From: Cirrosporium novae-zelandiae
Taxonomy: Eukaryota
Reading direction: 5' to 3'
Length of the DNA: 64,000 bases
Assembly (NCBI GenBank): GCA_026023565.1
Contig: JAPETS010000008.1
Coordinates: 248,001 to 312,000 of the forward strand
The notes beneath the pieces are model-generated. The model did no database searches and had not been told where the DNA came from. It saw only the letters and a list, made by a program, of their open reading frames with translations. Of this stretch, positions 48,113 to 61,702 are shown one piece after another. The position numbers were made by a program, and so were the translations under genes. Every line of letters begins with the position of its first letter. Position 1 is the stretch's first letter.

Positions 48113-49860
48113 GGTTGGATGGAATGTTTATCAGAATTGGTGGTGGGCGATGGATAGAGGGATTATTGCAGAGAGTAATCAATGGAGAAGGGAGCGGAGG
48201 GAAGATGATCTGATGCTTGTGTAGAGGAATAGCTAGATGATAATAGAAAATGTGGCTACCTTAGAGGTGTTGAGAGGTGCTGGAAGGTGTACGTTGCTCT
48301 GCGAATTGGCATGTCGACAACTATATATGACGATCTCTCGAGTGGCATCAATTACGCGCATCGTACGTTTGCGGTTTCGACTACTATGACTTGATACTGG
48401 AAAGTTTGGGAAGCTTTTTGCTCGTTTCGAAAGGGATAAGCGTCTGCATGATATTTGGATTCTATACTAGGAGGCAAGGCCTCATGAGGTCATGATCACA
48501 TAACTCATATCCATTGCTCGTGCACATTCAGGTATAAACCACTAATAAGTCCTTCATAAACCATTTCTATCATGCTCACTGGGTATGAACTATTTGATCA
48601 GCCTCGACATTGAGATGTTCGTTTGTTGCGAGTGTGTGGACGGCATCAGCAGGGAAATCAACCCTGTTATGGTATTAGCACAAATGATCAATATTAGTTA
48701 TATTATGAAGCATGAAACATACGCGAATCCTTTGATCAGAGTGAATTCATCGGTGATCTTTCCCCCTTCAGATATAGCCTTGTCCTTGGCTCTATGGGTA
48801 GATGGTTAGTAAGAACAACTTAATAGAAAGTTAATGGTGGATTCGGACTTTTGAAGTTCCTCTGGAGAGGCAGTAGATTTAAGAGTGACCTAATTCAACA
48901 GTTTCCTCGTCAGCAAGATTCCAGTTATATGCGTCCAGAAAGCGGAAAACAGTGAGATTCAGTGAGATTCAGTGGGATTAACCATGTACTTCATGTTGAA
49001 TAGATTAAATAGGCTTGTATGGGGATGTTTGTATAGGAATAAAATTGTATTTTGCAGAAAGTTGTTGTTTATGGGTTTAAGGAAGTGTCCTGAAACTTTA
49101 GGAGGGGCAGTGGGATGAAGGATAAATACTCCTTAGAGGGGTGGGGGGTGGGGGGGGAGGGGTGAGAAGTAGCAGAAGATAAAGTGACGTAACGTCATCC
49201 AAGTATTCAAGGGTGAGCCACAACCATCATGTAAGCCTCAAAGGCAACAAGGCAGGATTTAATATGGAGTCTCACGAGGGAAATTATTTCTTCATTCGAT
49301 TGGCTTATCTCAAATCCTAATTGTTATAGGTGAGATATGTGAGATATGTAATCTAACAGGGTGAAGTTGTAGCCAGTACGTGTAGTTATCGGATTCGTAT
49401 TACCTTGTATCTTCTCCCCCCAAGGACCTTACTCGTGTCCCCAGACAGGCAGTGAAATGTTTACTCCATTCTTGGTCCGATGATTCACCACAATACTCTG
49501 GATGGATCATGGATGAACCATGGGGGAGAGAGGTATATGGAGGGCTTTTTCTATATGAGTTTCGACATAGTCAGTCATTTGCAATAACTGTAGTTATAAT
49601 TATAAATACTTAACGCAGTAATGGGAGAGAACCTGTGATCAAGAACTGATGTTGATCGAATACGAGGCTTCATGGGTCGAATTGGCTCGGTGGTCGGATA
49701 ATCTTCACTGCGATGTGGCTGCAGCTGGCTCGTGCACCTAGCGTCTTTGATAAATTTTGTGAGACTCGATTTGCGACTATTTTCTTGTGCTGTGTCTGCT
49801 GTGTCTGCCGTGTTAGTTGTGTCTGGCTCCATCTTGATATTCTAGTTAGATATTTTCAAA

Positions 49861-52800
49861 ATGGACGATCAGAAACATAAAGCCCATCATAAGAAGAAAA
49901 AGGAAAGGAAAGAGCCTTCCGGTGGTTCGTTTAAGCTCAGCTCTTTCCCATCACAATCATATTCACTAATTTTACGTGACAGGCCAAAATCCAAAGGCAT
50001 TTGCCTTTGCAGGTCCGGGTCGTTTACAGAAGCAAGCTGGACGCTCCGGTGATGTAATATTCTTGCCTCCAACGTGCCCTTAACTCGACTGACAAGCTAT
50101 TATCAGATCAAAGAGAAACGTTTCCATGTCCCCCTCGTCGATCGCCTACCCGAGGAAGCCCCTCCACTTGTCGTCACAGTGGTTGGACCACCCGGGGTAA
50201 GCTATCAGTGAAGGAGAGACATCGACACTGTATCTAATTGTGTACTAGGTTGGCAAAACGACTCTTATCAAATCTTTGATAAAGCGATACACTAAGCAGA
50301 CCCTATCAACTCCCACTGGTCCCCTCACAGTCGTCACATCGAAGCGCCGGCGTCTTACGTTTATCGAATGCCCTTCCGACTCGCTCGCTAGTATGATTGA
50401 TGTATCAAAGATTGCTGATATAATTCTACTTATGATTGACGGCAACTATGGGTTCGAGATGGAAACAATGGAGTTCTTAAATATACTTGCCGCAAGTGGG
50501 ATGCCGGGTAATGTGTTTGGAATACTTACACATCTTGATTTGTTTAAGAAACAGAGTACTCTCCGCACCGCTAAGAAACGATTAAAACATCGATTCTGGA
50601 GTGAATTGTACCAGGGAGCAAAGCTATTCTATCTTAGTGGAGTATTAAATGGTAGATATCCCGACAGAGAAGTTCAAAACCTCTCCCGATTTCTATCTGT
50701 CATGAAAACGCCTCGTCCACTCGTATGGCGTAATTCACACCCATACTGTCTGGCCGACCGCTTTCTTGATATTACACCCCCTACAGCTATTGAAGAGAAT
50801 CCAAAATGTGACAGGACGGTTGCCTTATACGGATATGTCCGTGGAACAAATTTTCCAACTGATGGTGCAAGAGTTCATATACCGGGGGTAGGTGATTTGA
50901 CCGTATCAGGAATCGAGTCACTCCCTGATCCTTGCCCGACACCCTTCATGGACCAAGCTGCAGAGAAAATCTCGGGAAAGACTGGGCGAAGGCGCTTGGA
51001 TCAAAAACAGAAGGTGCTATTCGCACCGATGTCAGACGTTGGAGGAGTTTTGGTCGATAGGGATGCTGTTTATATCGATGTAAAAACTTCCAATTTCGAT
51101 AAGGAAACAGAGAATCCGGAAGAAAGAGGCCTTGGTGAACAACTCGTTGTTGGGTTGCAAGGCGAACGAAGACTATTGGGCGAAGTGCGGGATGGTGTTC
51201 GACTATTCAAAGATGGCACTGCGATCAATTCTGCAGAGGCAAATAATGCCGATACAGGACGAACAAAAAAAAAGAGTGTAAGATTCTCAGAAACAGATGG
51301 AGACAATGACATACTTGACGGCGAAAATGAAAGTGATGGAGAAGTCACCGGAGAAGATAGTGATCTAGAGGAGTTTGAGGGCGGCGACATCCCTCCCGAA
51401 CGGCTTGGTCGAAGCTTCAAGATTAATGCAGATAAAGATATCCAAGCCGATAATGAAATCGCCTTTGCTGATAGCGACTCGGACCTAGGATCTATATCTT
51501 CTATTGAGGATCAAGAGTTAGAAGATGGAGATCTTGAAGAGGAAAGTGATGTAGAAGACGAAGAAGATGATGATGGGGCCTTGAGATGGAAAGGTAATCT
51601 TGCCGAGAATGCGCGATTACTGCATGGAGCTAGTCGAAGATTTCGAACTGCTGATTTTGGGCGTCTACTCTATGACAACAACACCGACCCTCATGAGCTT
51701 GTGTTAAGGTGGCGAGGTGAATTTAATGAGCCTGAAATAGGGGTGTTGGACTCAGATGATGAAGATAACTTTCTTAAGAAAGCACAAACAGAAAAGGATG
51801 ACGATGACCTGGAGGACAGGCTAATCCCGAATTATGACTACTCTATGTTAGAAGAGAGGTGGAGTGATGAACAGAACCTGGACTCATTGCGTCAACGATT
51901 TGCAATATCTCGAATAGGGCATGGAACCGATGATGATGGCGATGATGGGGAAGATGCTTCAGCATTTGGGGACGAAGATGAGGGTGATGGAGCCTTTGAA
52001 GACCTGGAAACAGGAGAGGTTGTGAAGCCCTCAGGGTTACCCGTAGAGGATAATCTCCTTGACCTTGATGCCGAACGAGAACGTAATGCAAAACGAAAAG
52101 AAGAATTGAAGTTACGATTTGAAGAAGAGGACCGGGAAGGGTTTGCAAACGACAAGGCTAATGAGAGGCGGCAAGGAAATGCTGGTGAAGAGGAATTCGG
52201 CGAGGATGATTGGTATGATGCCCAAAAGGCGAAATTACAAAAACAGCTTGACATCAATCGAGCCGAGTTCGATAATCTGGACGAGCAGTCAAGGGTCAGA
52301 GTTGAAGGTTATAAAGCTGGCCAATACGTTCGCTTTGTTTTAAGCAATGTTCCATATGAGTTCTCTGCCAGCTTTAACCCACGGTTTCCCATTCTTATCG
52401 GTGGCTTGTCACCGACAGAAGATCGATTTGGATATGTTCAAGTCCGAATAAAACGTCATCGTTGGCATAAGAAGATTCTAAAAACCAATGATCCCCTGAT
52501 ATTTTCGCTAGGCTGGCGTCGATTCCAGACCCTTCCGATATATAGCACATCCGATAACCGGACTCGAAATCGGATGCTGAAGTATACTCCGGAGCATATG
52601 CATTGTTTCGGTACTTTCTGGGGTCCTTTGATCGCACCAAATTCCGGCTTTTGTTGTGTCCAGTCTTTTTCAAATAGCAACCCCGGCTTCAGAGTTGCTG
52701 CCACCGGTGTTGTTTTAAACGTGGATGAAAGCGTGGAAATTGTGAAGAAGCTCAAGCTGACCGGCGTTCCATACAAGATTTTCCGCAACACAGCTTTTAT

Positions 52801-53515
52801 TCGAGATATGTTCAACACGTCTCTGGAAATAGCCAAATTCGAAGGTGCCAATGTCCGAACCGTTTCTGGGGTCCGAGGCCAGATTAAACGTGCATTGAGC
52901 AAACCAGAAGGCCATTTCAGAGCAACCTTTGAAGATAAGATTCTCATGAGCGATATCGTGTTCTTGAGGGCATGGTTTCCAATTAAGCCTCACCGATTCT
53001 ACAATCCCGTGACAAATCTTCTAGAAGCTCCTGATGGGAGCGAAGAAGGGTGGAAGGGGATGCGTTTGACCGGGGAGGTTAGGGCTGCCGAGAATATTCC
53101 TATTCCCCAACAGAAGAACTCACTTTATCGCCAAATTGACCGCCCGACGCGGCACTTCAACCCTCTCCGAGTCCCTCGACAGCTGGCTGCGGAGCTTCCA
53201 TTCAAGAGCCAAATCGTACAGATGCAGCCTCAAAAGAAGGAAACATATATGCACAAACGGGCGGTAGTGCTAGGAGGGGAGGAAAGGAAGGCCCGGGATC
53301 TCATGCAAAAGATCATGACTCTACGGAACGACAAGGAGGCCAAGAGAAGGGCTAAAGATGATCAACGTTGGCAAGTTCACCAAAAAAAAGTAATGGCAAG
53401 CGAGGAGAAGAAAAAAGAAAGAGAAAAGCGAGAGAGAGATGAGTATTGGAAACGGGAAGGCAAGAAACGAAAGGGCCAGGAAGAGGGTGGAGGTGGCAAA
53501 AGGAGTCGGAGGTGA
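49861..53515 (+). CDS. BMS1: Ribosome biogenesis GTPase Bms1
   Basis: GPPGVGKTTLIKSLIKRY, RRLTFIEC, LMIDGNYGFEMETMEF, RIKRHRWHKKILKTNDPL, RMLKYTPEHMHC; three short 5' introns. Confidence 0.97.
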
Positions 53516-53778
53516 AGGAACTATGGGGTGCAGGAGGATTGGGCATGGACAGGGCGTATGGTGGACAAAAGCAAATCAGTCCAAAGGAGTTTACTCTGGT
53601 AGGAAAATACTGAAGACTGTAGTCTAATTAAATGTCTCAGTTGATGTTCCGAAAGCGGTGTTTTCATGCAAACGGAGTGTGCGGAGTAATGGATACCCGT
53701 AGGCCGAGTGATAGGCTGAAGTGATAGGCCGAGTTAGGGCCAACGGGGCCAACGGGTCTTAGCCTGAGGCAGAAAAAG

Positions 53779-53784
53779 ACGCGT
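53779..53784. promoter_or_regulatory. MCB element upstream of the Whi5/Nrm1-like gene
   Basis: GACGCGTC palindrome about 380 bp upstream of the likely start. Confidence 0.45.
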
Positions 53785-54155
53785 CCAAACACGTACCTCG
53801 TGACTTTATTCACTAACCAACCAACCACGTAAACTTGGCTGCTTAAGGCACTTACAATAATGAGCCTGCCAACGTCGGCCCTCTTTGCTTTGTAGATACA
53901 TGCTCGTGCTTGTCATACCAGTGAAAATTTCAAAAACTATTCACACATTTTCGTTTTGGTCGGTCTAGGACAAATAGTTTTGGTGGTGACTGTAACTTGA
54001 AGTGGTCAGGCACCCTATCGATCGGTCCATTGTCCCCGCCAGTGGAGATCGCGTCAACCTTGGTTCTTGGTCTTTGGGTCCTGGTCTTAGAACAGCAACC
54101 TCCCAGTCCGCCCGCCACCCCACCCTTCCAGTTTACGCTTATCGTACCTTTGATT

Positions 54156-55855
54156 ATGCCTCCATCCGTTGAGCGCGCTCTTCCTATTGTACACGTTCCC
54201 TCCGCACCCCAGGTCATGGACTTCGCGCAGCCATCGGCAGATCGAACAAAGAATAATCCCATGGATGGTTCACGGAAAATCACTGGACCAAGACTGGCGC
54301 GGGGTGATGTCCTAACAACACCAGCGAGATGCGACGCGAGGAAATCTAGCCTTTCTCAAGAATCTGGAAAGGAATTCGGGAACAAAGCCCTACAGCTACT
54401 CAACTCCTCTAGCGATCTATCTCAATCCACTCAACCTGAGATCCTAGACATGGATGTGAGTCTGACACCAGCTACCACATCTTCGAGCTTTTCAAGCGAG
54501 GATCACCAGTCACAAAAACTTAATTCATTAAGACATAAGATGACCCAAGATCCTTTATCGCCTCCAAATGCCATTGAAACCATTAGAAGAGCTGCAAGTT
54601 CGAGCAGCCCGTCTAACGCCTCTGCGACATCAATAACTCCGTCTGCACCACTTTTTAAGTCCGATGGGTTAGTACATGGACAGAAGAGAACAGCTAGTGG
54701 AGCAGTAAAGTCTCCGTCAGCCAATATAATTAGCTGTCGAGGTGGGAATTCGGGGCATTCTCGAACCATGAGTTCGAGTTCCAACACCAACAGAATGGAC
54801 GAGGTAGTGAGTCAGGTTCTCGTTGAATGTATACAGCAAGCCTAATTGGTAAATAGCTATCTGCACAGCTTCGCACGCGTCTCTCCTACGCGATGATGAA
54901 AGCCCAAAATGGCTTAGAAGATGGCAGTCCCAATGAAATGGAGAGTTTAATGTCCCAGCAGAGTTGTTCCACTTCTATTGCTCCTATTACAAATCAAGGA
55001 AACTTCTATCCCTCCCCTCGCACAAGTATAGCCACTCTCGGACGTGAGTTGAGTTCCTCTTCTACGAATAGCACTGGAAGGCCGAACCAGAACTCTTACC
55101 ATGCTCATCGAGCTTCTGCTCCTATATTTCCCCCGTCTAATCAGTTACCCCAAACCTACGAAACTTTTTGGCGGGACCATCCGTCACAAGCCCCTTCTCC
55201 CAAACATGCAGCAGCACAGCGTCAACATTCTCGTCCTTATCTGGCGCCCCCGGTCGATATTCTACCCGGGGGACGCCGACGGGCAAATCAAATGTCTTCC
55301 CAAATTACTTCGCGGAACACTCAGACACATACAACCTCTCCATCATCAATAGCCCATATAGGAGCTACAACCCTCGTCCCTTCAACCCCTCCTTCTGCAT
55401 CCCCTCAAAAGTCCCATGTGTCGCGCTTACAGACCCCTATTCAAAATAACGCCGACCGGGAGGCAGATGCCATTGAAACGCTACTATTTATGTCCAATAG
55501 TCCTAGCAATTCAGCCTACAACCCTGCCACCCTACCACCCCCATCCTCATTACCTTTGACCGCTCCAGCACCTTCACCGTTGAGAAAACAGTTTCCCCCA
55601 ACTCCCAGGAGAACAGAAACGACAGGAAGTCCAGTAAAACCAGCAAGAAAAGAAAGCGTGGCCAGCGCCACCAGCTCGGTCAGAAGGAAGGGCTTGAGCG
55701 CAAGCGAGGTGTACAACCAATTCGGGCTCGGGGCCGGGTTCAAAGGGCGAAGACGAAGACTGACCGAACAAGACGTCGATCGAATATTAGACGAGATGGG
55801 AGACGGAAGTAGCGACGATGACGTTCCTAGCATCAACCCTTTACCGACTAGATGA
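54156..55855 (+). CDS. Whi5/Nrm1-like G1/S transcription repressor family protein
   Basis: After intron 54804-54856 it reads LSAQLRTRLSYAMMKAQNG (Whi5/GTB-like motif); also EADAIETLLFM and many S/T-P sites. Start uncertain (54156 or 54216). Confidence 0.7.
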
Positions 55856-56723
55856 CCCCCCTCCCCCCCCCTTCTTCCAACTCGAGTTTTCCATTTACTA
55901 CTAACCTTTGCACACACGGGGATATATAACGTGCAAAAATATATTATCATCGGCATGCAATTGTGTTCATGATACCCCTATATAATTCCACAAATCCAGC
56001 ATTATCATTGTTATTGTTGTTATTGTTTTTTTCTGTCTGTCTTGTCTCTCTATCTATCCGTAGTTTTCATGTTAGGGTGGGTGGATGGGATGGGATGAAA
56101 TGTGTTTTTTATGTATTTTCGGAAGATATTATGCTGGGCTTAAACTACTGCTGGGTGGATGGAAACAAATGGAGGTGGGGGAGGGTGTGGTTTTGATATC
56201 AAGTAAATGATATGTTATATGTTATTGGAATGAACGACAATGAAATATGACATTTGAGTGTGTGTGTGTGTTTTGGTCATGTAAACTGCTTTTTTTTGAT
56301 ATTCAAGAAGGATGGTCGGTGGTTGTAGTGTTCAGAATTGCGGAGTAATAAAATAAGCCTTTTTTCGTTAAGAGAGGTAATTAGAGTAATTATGTCGTTT
56401 GATTGTTTTCCCGTGAGTTGGCCGCCTTGATACGTTCGATTGGACAGTACCTATCAAATGTATGTACTTTATTGTGTTCTCTTGACATGTTGAGGGGTAT
56501 AATATTTCCATCCGGACTATTAAATACAGCCGGCATAGACTATGGCCACCCAGCCTTGTCGTACACAAAACATGTAATTAACTATTGCTAACCGTAACCC
56601 GTAACGCCTCTTTCTCCACCAGCCACCATTAAACCCTGACTGAGAGAAGCCATACTTAACAACGCCGGTTGAAACTTTTCCGTTACGTCATGTCATGTCA
56701 TGTATGGTCAATTCATCGGAACG

Positions 56724-58652
56724 TTATATTTGTTCGTTATCGCCCCCATCATTATCATCGGCATCATCTGCGGTGACTTGCTAATTTGGGTTCAATTCCT
56801 CGATGTCCCAATATTTGTGTTGGTCTTCCAATTTCTGGATGACTAATGCCGCTACGTTAGCGCCCATAAATAGGCTTGTGTCAATGGTGTTTGCGAATGC
56901 GTCGATGGCGGATGTGTGCCATAGTGAGTCCGATACCATGAGAGGGGGAAAGGTTTTTCGTGGATAGAGAAGTGGGTATGCGAAAGGGATCTGGACGGTT
57001 TAAATTAGCAAAAACGGGATCAAGAAAGGGAAGTTGCCAACCTCGTTTCGGTAGACCCAGGTGACAGTGTTGTTATCAGCCCCTTGGTCCTCGTGGCTGT
57101 CAAGCACGGCATTAAGAAAATCGTCGGAGATTTCGTGGGCAGATAGGATCCGGTAAAGATGCTCAGTAACGAGCTCATCATCGAGAACCCTTGCGACGTT
57201 TTTAACATGAGCTATTTCATGGATACCATTGCAATCAGCCTTCGACCCAATCACTGTCGTGATGATCTGACTTGGCATCATCTGCCGATGACCAAAGAAA
57301 CTTCCAGTAAGTGCACGGCGGGAAGTGAAAAGGGTGATGTGTCGAGGACGATATTCCACATGAGGGCCGGTTAGGTTTAACTTATTTTCGGGATCCATTG
57401 GACTTTCATCAGGGGTGGCGAAGATTACCTGATCGTATGCTGCATACTCTACCTCGCCTGTATCTCTCTCGGATCTTATTATATTAACCCACTTGCCGGA
57501 AGGCATCAGCTCGGGTTTGGACCCATTCACACGCGTGCCAAGCTTCAGGTCTGCTCCACTGTTAAATGCCATGTCCTCCAGGATGGGAACTATAAGGCCT
57601 CCAGCCTTGCTCACGCCTTGATCTCCATCGTACATGGCTATTGCTAGGGAGAGGGCATTGAGCTCTTGGATATCTTGTGCGAGGCGTTTCCTGACTTGTG
57701 GCAATATGACCTCCTCTTCATATTTCTTTGAGATCCCGTCCACTTTCAAATACTGTTCGGCACTTGACCTAGTTTCTATCTCGAGATTGAGGGTATTCAC
57801 GACCCCCTGAATGTCTGCAAACGGGAATCGTCGCGAGTTTGGTAGCTTGGGAAGAGTTTCAAGTTTGTTCATGGCTCCGACAGGAAGCGCAACCGATCTC
57901 CAGATAGAAGCACCATATCGATATATTTCACCAAGCCATGACATCCAGGGTTCGGCAGAGGAGGGACGGAGACCCTCAAAAATAAAGTTCTTTCCATCAA
58001 AACTATAATTACTGTCAACAACGGAGCATAATGATAGTACTAAAATAGGTTACAGACATTCCCAAATGTTCCCGACGATCATGAAATTGTGGGTTCCATC
58101 CAAGAGACTTTGCGTAACCAGATAGAATTTTGCTAGAATATAGGAGGGAAGGTCCAGCGAGATCCTCGGGCTCTATCGGAGCTTGTGTGTGGTCATTGAA
58201 GGGAAATACGTCGGTGGTTTGTGTTTCATCGCTGAGAACCAGACGTCCGCCAATCGCATGTTTCTGCTCGTAGATGGTAACATTGATAGGAATTTTTTTT
58301 TGTCGGGAAAGACGATTGAGAGTTGAGGCTGCAGCAATCCCTGCAGGTCCGGCACCTAAAATACATGTTAACGTAACTCAAAGATTATAGAGTAAGCTAG
58401 TTAAGACATACCGATAATGGCGATGGACGCAGGGGATTCTGGAAATCCTGGAGGAGCCGAGGGAGGTGGCAAGAAATAAATTCCGGTGAAGAATATAAAG
58501 GCGATCAGAAGGAAGATTGACCTGATAACAAGAACAAAATATTTGGAGTCCTGAAAGCTTGATTTTTCAGGTATATGGCCTCCCCAATAATGATCATGAC
58601 CTAACAGATGGGTGGTCTCACTCTCAGCGAAGTGGACTCGCTTTGTACTCAT
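56724..58652 (-). CDS. Membrane-anchored FAD-dependent oxidoreductase, prenylcysteine oxidase/lyase-like
   Basis: N-terminal TM helix then SIAIIG, intron, AGPAGIAAA (dinucleotide-binding); also YGASIWRS, YDQVIFATP, IPFAYPLLYP, LWHTSAIDAFANTIDTSLFMGANVAAL. Confidence 0.65.
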
Positions 58653-59384
58653 TGCGCGAATAATAAATTACCTCCCCCTCAAAAAAAAACAAATATAACA
58701 AACTCCTCTGTTGAGAAAACTGGGGGGGAAATCAAGAGAGAGAACATGATGGCATAGTGTTTGAAGATAAAGGAAGCTCTTCTGGTTGAGCTAAGTGGAC
58801 TAACAGCGGTCGGGGAAGGAAAAAAGCTTTCCAATTGATAGGACAAGGATGCGATGTGTGTGAGTGTGTGAGTGCGTACCATAGTAAGTGTGTACTGTGG
58901 TAGTAGTGGGCAAATTAATGGGATGGAGTGGTGGAGTATCATGTTAGTTTGTGTGTAATCGAACGCCTTCCCGAACATGCCAAGGTCTGGTTGAGTGCCG
59001 TTATTGGAGCTAATTACTGTACAGTCCAAACCATGATAAGGCCCGATACCTGAAACCCTGTCCGTCATCCAGCTTTGGCACAGTACTCGAGTACTTACCG
59101 TCACTTACCGTCATTCCCCCTTCGCTCATCGAAAAGCTCGCCTGTGTGTCTGCGGGGTTCCCCTCCCAATCAATCCTCTACTCGAAGTGATTAACTTTAG
59201 TATCTTCCTAATTCTTTCCTTAAATTGTAAATCCTCTGCCCATCTTTTTGCGCATTGACCCATTTCATTAATTTATTTTGACTCATATTTGCATCTGATT
59301 CTAGACTCCCTTGCCATACGCTGTCTTATATCTTCCCACCCGTCTATCAAAATAGCCTTTCTACCTCTTCGGGGCTTTCTCTTT

Positions 59385-61702
59385 TCACGTCCGACGAATG
59401 TAAGTTACCAACCACCCAAGAAGTCGATAACCTGCTACAATTCCCATCAGAATACCCACCCACTCCCTTGTCTTTCCTTCCGCATATCCATATGTCTCAA
59501 GAACACCTTTGCCAGAAATTTTACACTGCGGTGCCAAGTCCGTTTGGTACATGCAGTGACATCCTGTACTACAACTATACGTTCGTCTGGAGAATTCATT
59601 CACCATCATCCCTTGGAACACATACGTCTGGTAGTCGATATAATGAAACACATATCGCCAAAACACGTTCAACACCTTTGGGGAAACCAAGAAACCGCCG
59701 ACACTCATCCATAGTCCGTTGGCAAATGCTGTCAAGGCTAGGGCTATCACAAAATTCGGAAAGACCGAAGCCACCAAAACTACCAGAGATTCGGCGGCTA
59801 TCAAATCAAGGAATAGCCACATCACCCAGTACATAAAGGCAACCCCGCTCGGTGTAAAATTGGAGAGCCAGTAAGCGATTATAGAGAATAGGACGGCTAT
59901 TAGGACTAGAATCCGATTAGCAAACAGCATTCTAGCAGTCGGCGATTCCTCCTACATAGATACGGGATGCCTATTAGAAAGTTGGAAACCATGAAAGCCG
60001 TGGCACCATAAAGCCCATTGGCGCGTTCCTTGACAAAGCTTGCTCGGTCTTCAAGAAATGCAGGAACGTATGCAACTGCCATAAAGGACATGAAAGCAGA
60101 TCCAAAAAATATCGCGTTGATAAATGGTTGAATATCTTCCTGGGTCGTGTTTAATCGCAGCTAGTCATACTTGTCAGAGATTCCCATGTAGAAATTCAGA
60201 CGAACAACCAACTTACCCATACCGTTCCCATCATAATAGCCAGCCCAAGATACATAGCAATGCGAATACCGTAAGCCACAACATCACGATAACTCTTGAT
60301 GAACGACCTGTGAAGGAGGGTAAGCGGTATCAGTAATCTATGCGTCCTTGAAAGCTTCTCCGAATGATATTCAGTAGGCTCCTCGGTTTTCTCAATCTCC
60401 TCAATCTGGGCTCGTAGGCTCCGCAACTCGGAAGAAGACTCCCAGCTACTTTGGATTGATTTAAGCCTTTCAAACGCTCCTTCGTTTTCAATGGCGAAAT
60501 CGGTGTTCGTCAAATCTAGGAGGTACTCTGCTGGATTAGTGTGAAGAGGCAGCTGATAACCTAATAGATCAAAATAAGACGGAACTTCTCGAAGAGGGCC
60601 GAAGTAGCAAGTGCTCCCTTGAGAGAGCAAGAGAAGTTTGTCGAAGAGTTCGAAGGTCGATGTTGATGGTTGATGAATACTCGCTATTACAATAAGCTAA
60701 GAATCAGGTTAGCATATCTTAAAATTCATAAAATTTATATAGGGGACTCTTACATTATTCGTTTTAGCAATGGACCGAACAAAAGACATAACTTCGAAAC
60801 TGGCTTGTGAATCTAATCCGCTAGTTGGCTCGTCCAAAAACAAAATCCTCGGTCCGGTAATCAGTTGACTGGCAACGCTGACTCGACGTTTCTGGCCTCC
60901 GCTTATTCCTTTCCGAACAGGTGTTCCGATAAGAGTTGAGGCCTGGTTATTCAATCCAAAGGCCTTGACCAGACTATCTACTCTGCGTATCCTTTCTACT
61001 TTGCCAATATTACTAGTAAATGTCAGATCAATACCGGAGAGTGTGCTTGGGGGGCTTACCTTGGAAGCGCCAGGCGAGCTGCAAAATTAAGTGTTTCTCG
61101 GACGGTCAAAGAACCTATGAGAGCATCTTCCTGCTCTACGAAGGAGCTTATGAGACGAAAATCCTTCAATGATGGAGTAGTGCCATTAACCATCACTTCT
61201 CCATGGGGATCAGAAGATGTGACATGACTTCGGCGGGCTAGGACGTTGAGCAAAGTGGTCTTTCCACTACCGGAAGGCCCCATAAGTGCAACAAGTTCAC
61301 CTACTCCATATCAGAATGTTAAGATATGGGATAATTAAAAGTGAAAGGAAAGCGCCAACAGGAAAATAAGAGTGATTGGGTGGTCGTCCTTGTCTTCAAA
61401 AAGAAATTGATGTGTCTTTGAAATCTCCAAGAGCCCTTCTAAATAAGGTGAAGACTGGCCCCCTAACATATATCTGATAAACAGTCTGGAGTTTCCTAGT
61501 ACTAACCTGCTTTGACAAAACCATTAGTTCCAGATAAGATGGTCTTGGGCTTCTTTATTTTGTGATCTTTCACCGTCACCGTGATGTTCCTCCAGGAAAA
61601 TGTACGAACAATATCGTTCTGGAGATATGCCTCTCCATTGTTTGCCTCGACGTCGCCACACTTAGGATCTGCACAGCTCTGGATGGAACTGTTTGAAGCC
61701 AT
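59385..61702 (-). CDS. ABCG (White-type) half-size ABC transporter
   Basis: Walker A MGPSGSGKTT, signature ISGGQKRRVS, Walker B LFLDEPTSGLDS, C-terminal ABC2 membrane domain; several introns. Confidence 0.93.

Noticed and set aside
59385..61702. ABCG transporter as exporter for the candidate cluster
   Set aside because: It is more than 40 kb away and separated by many housekeeping genes
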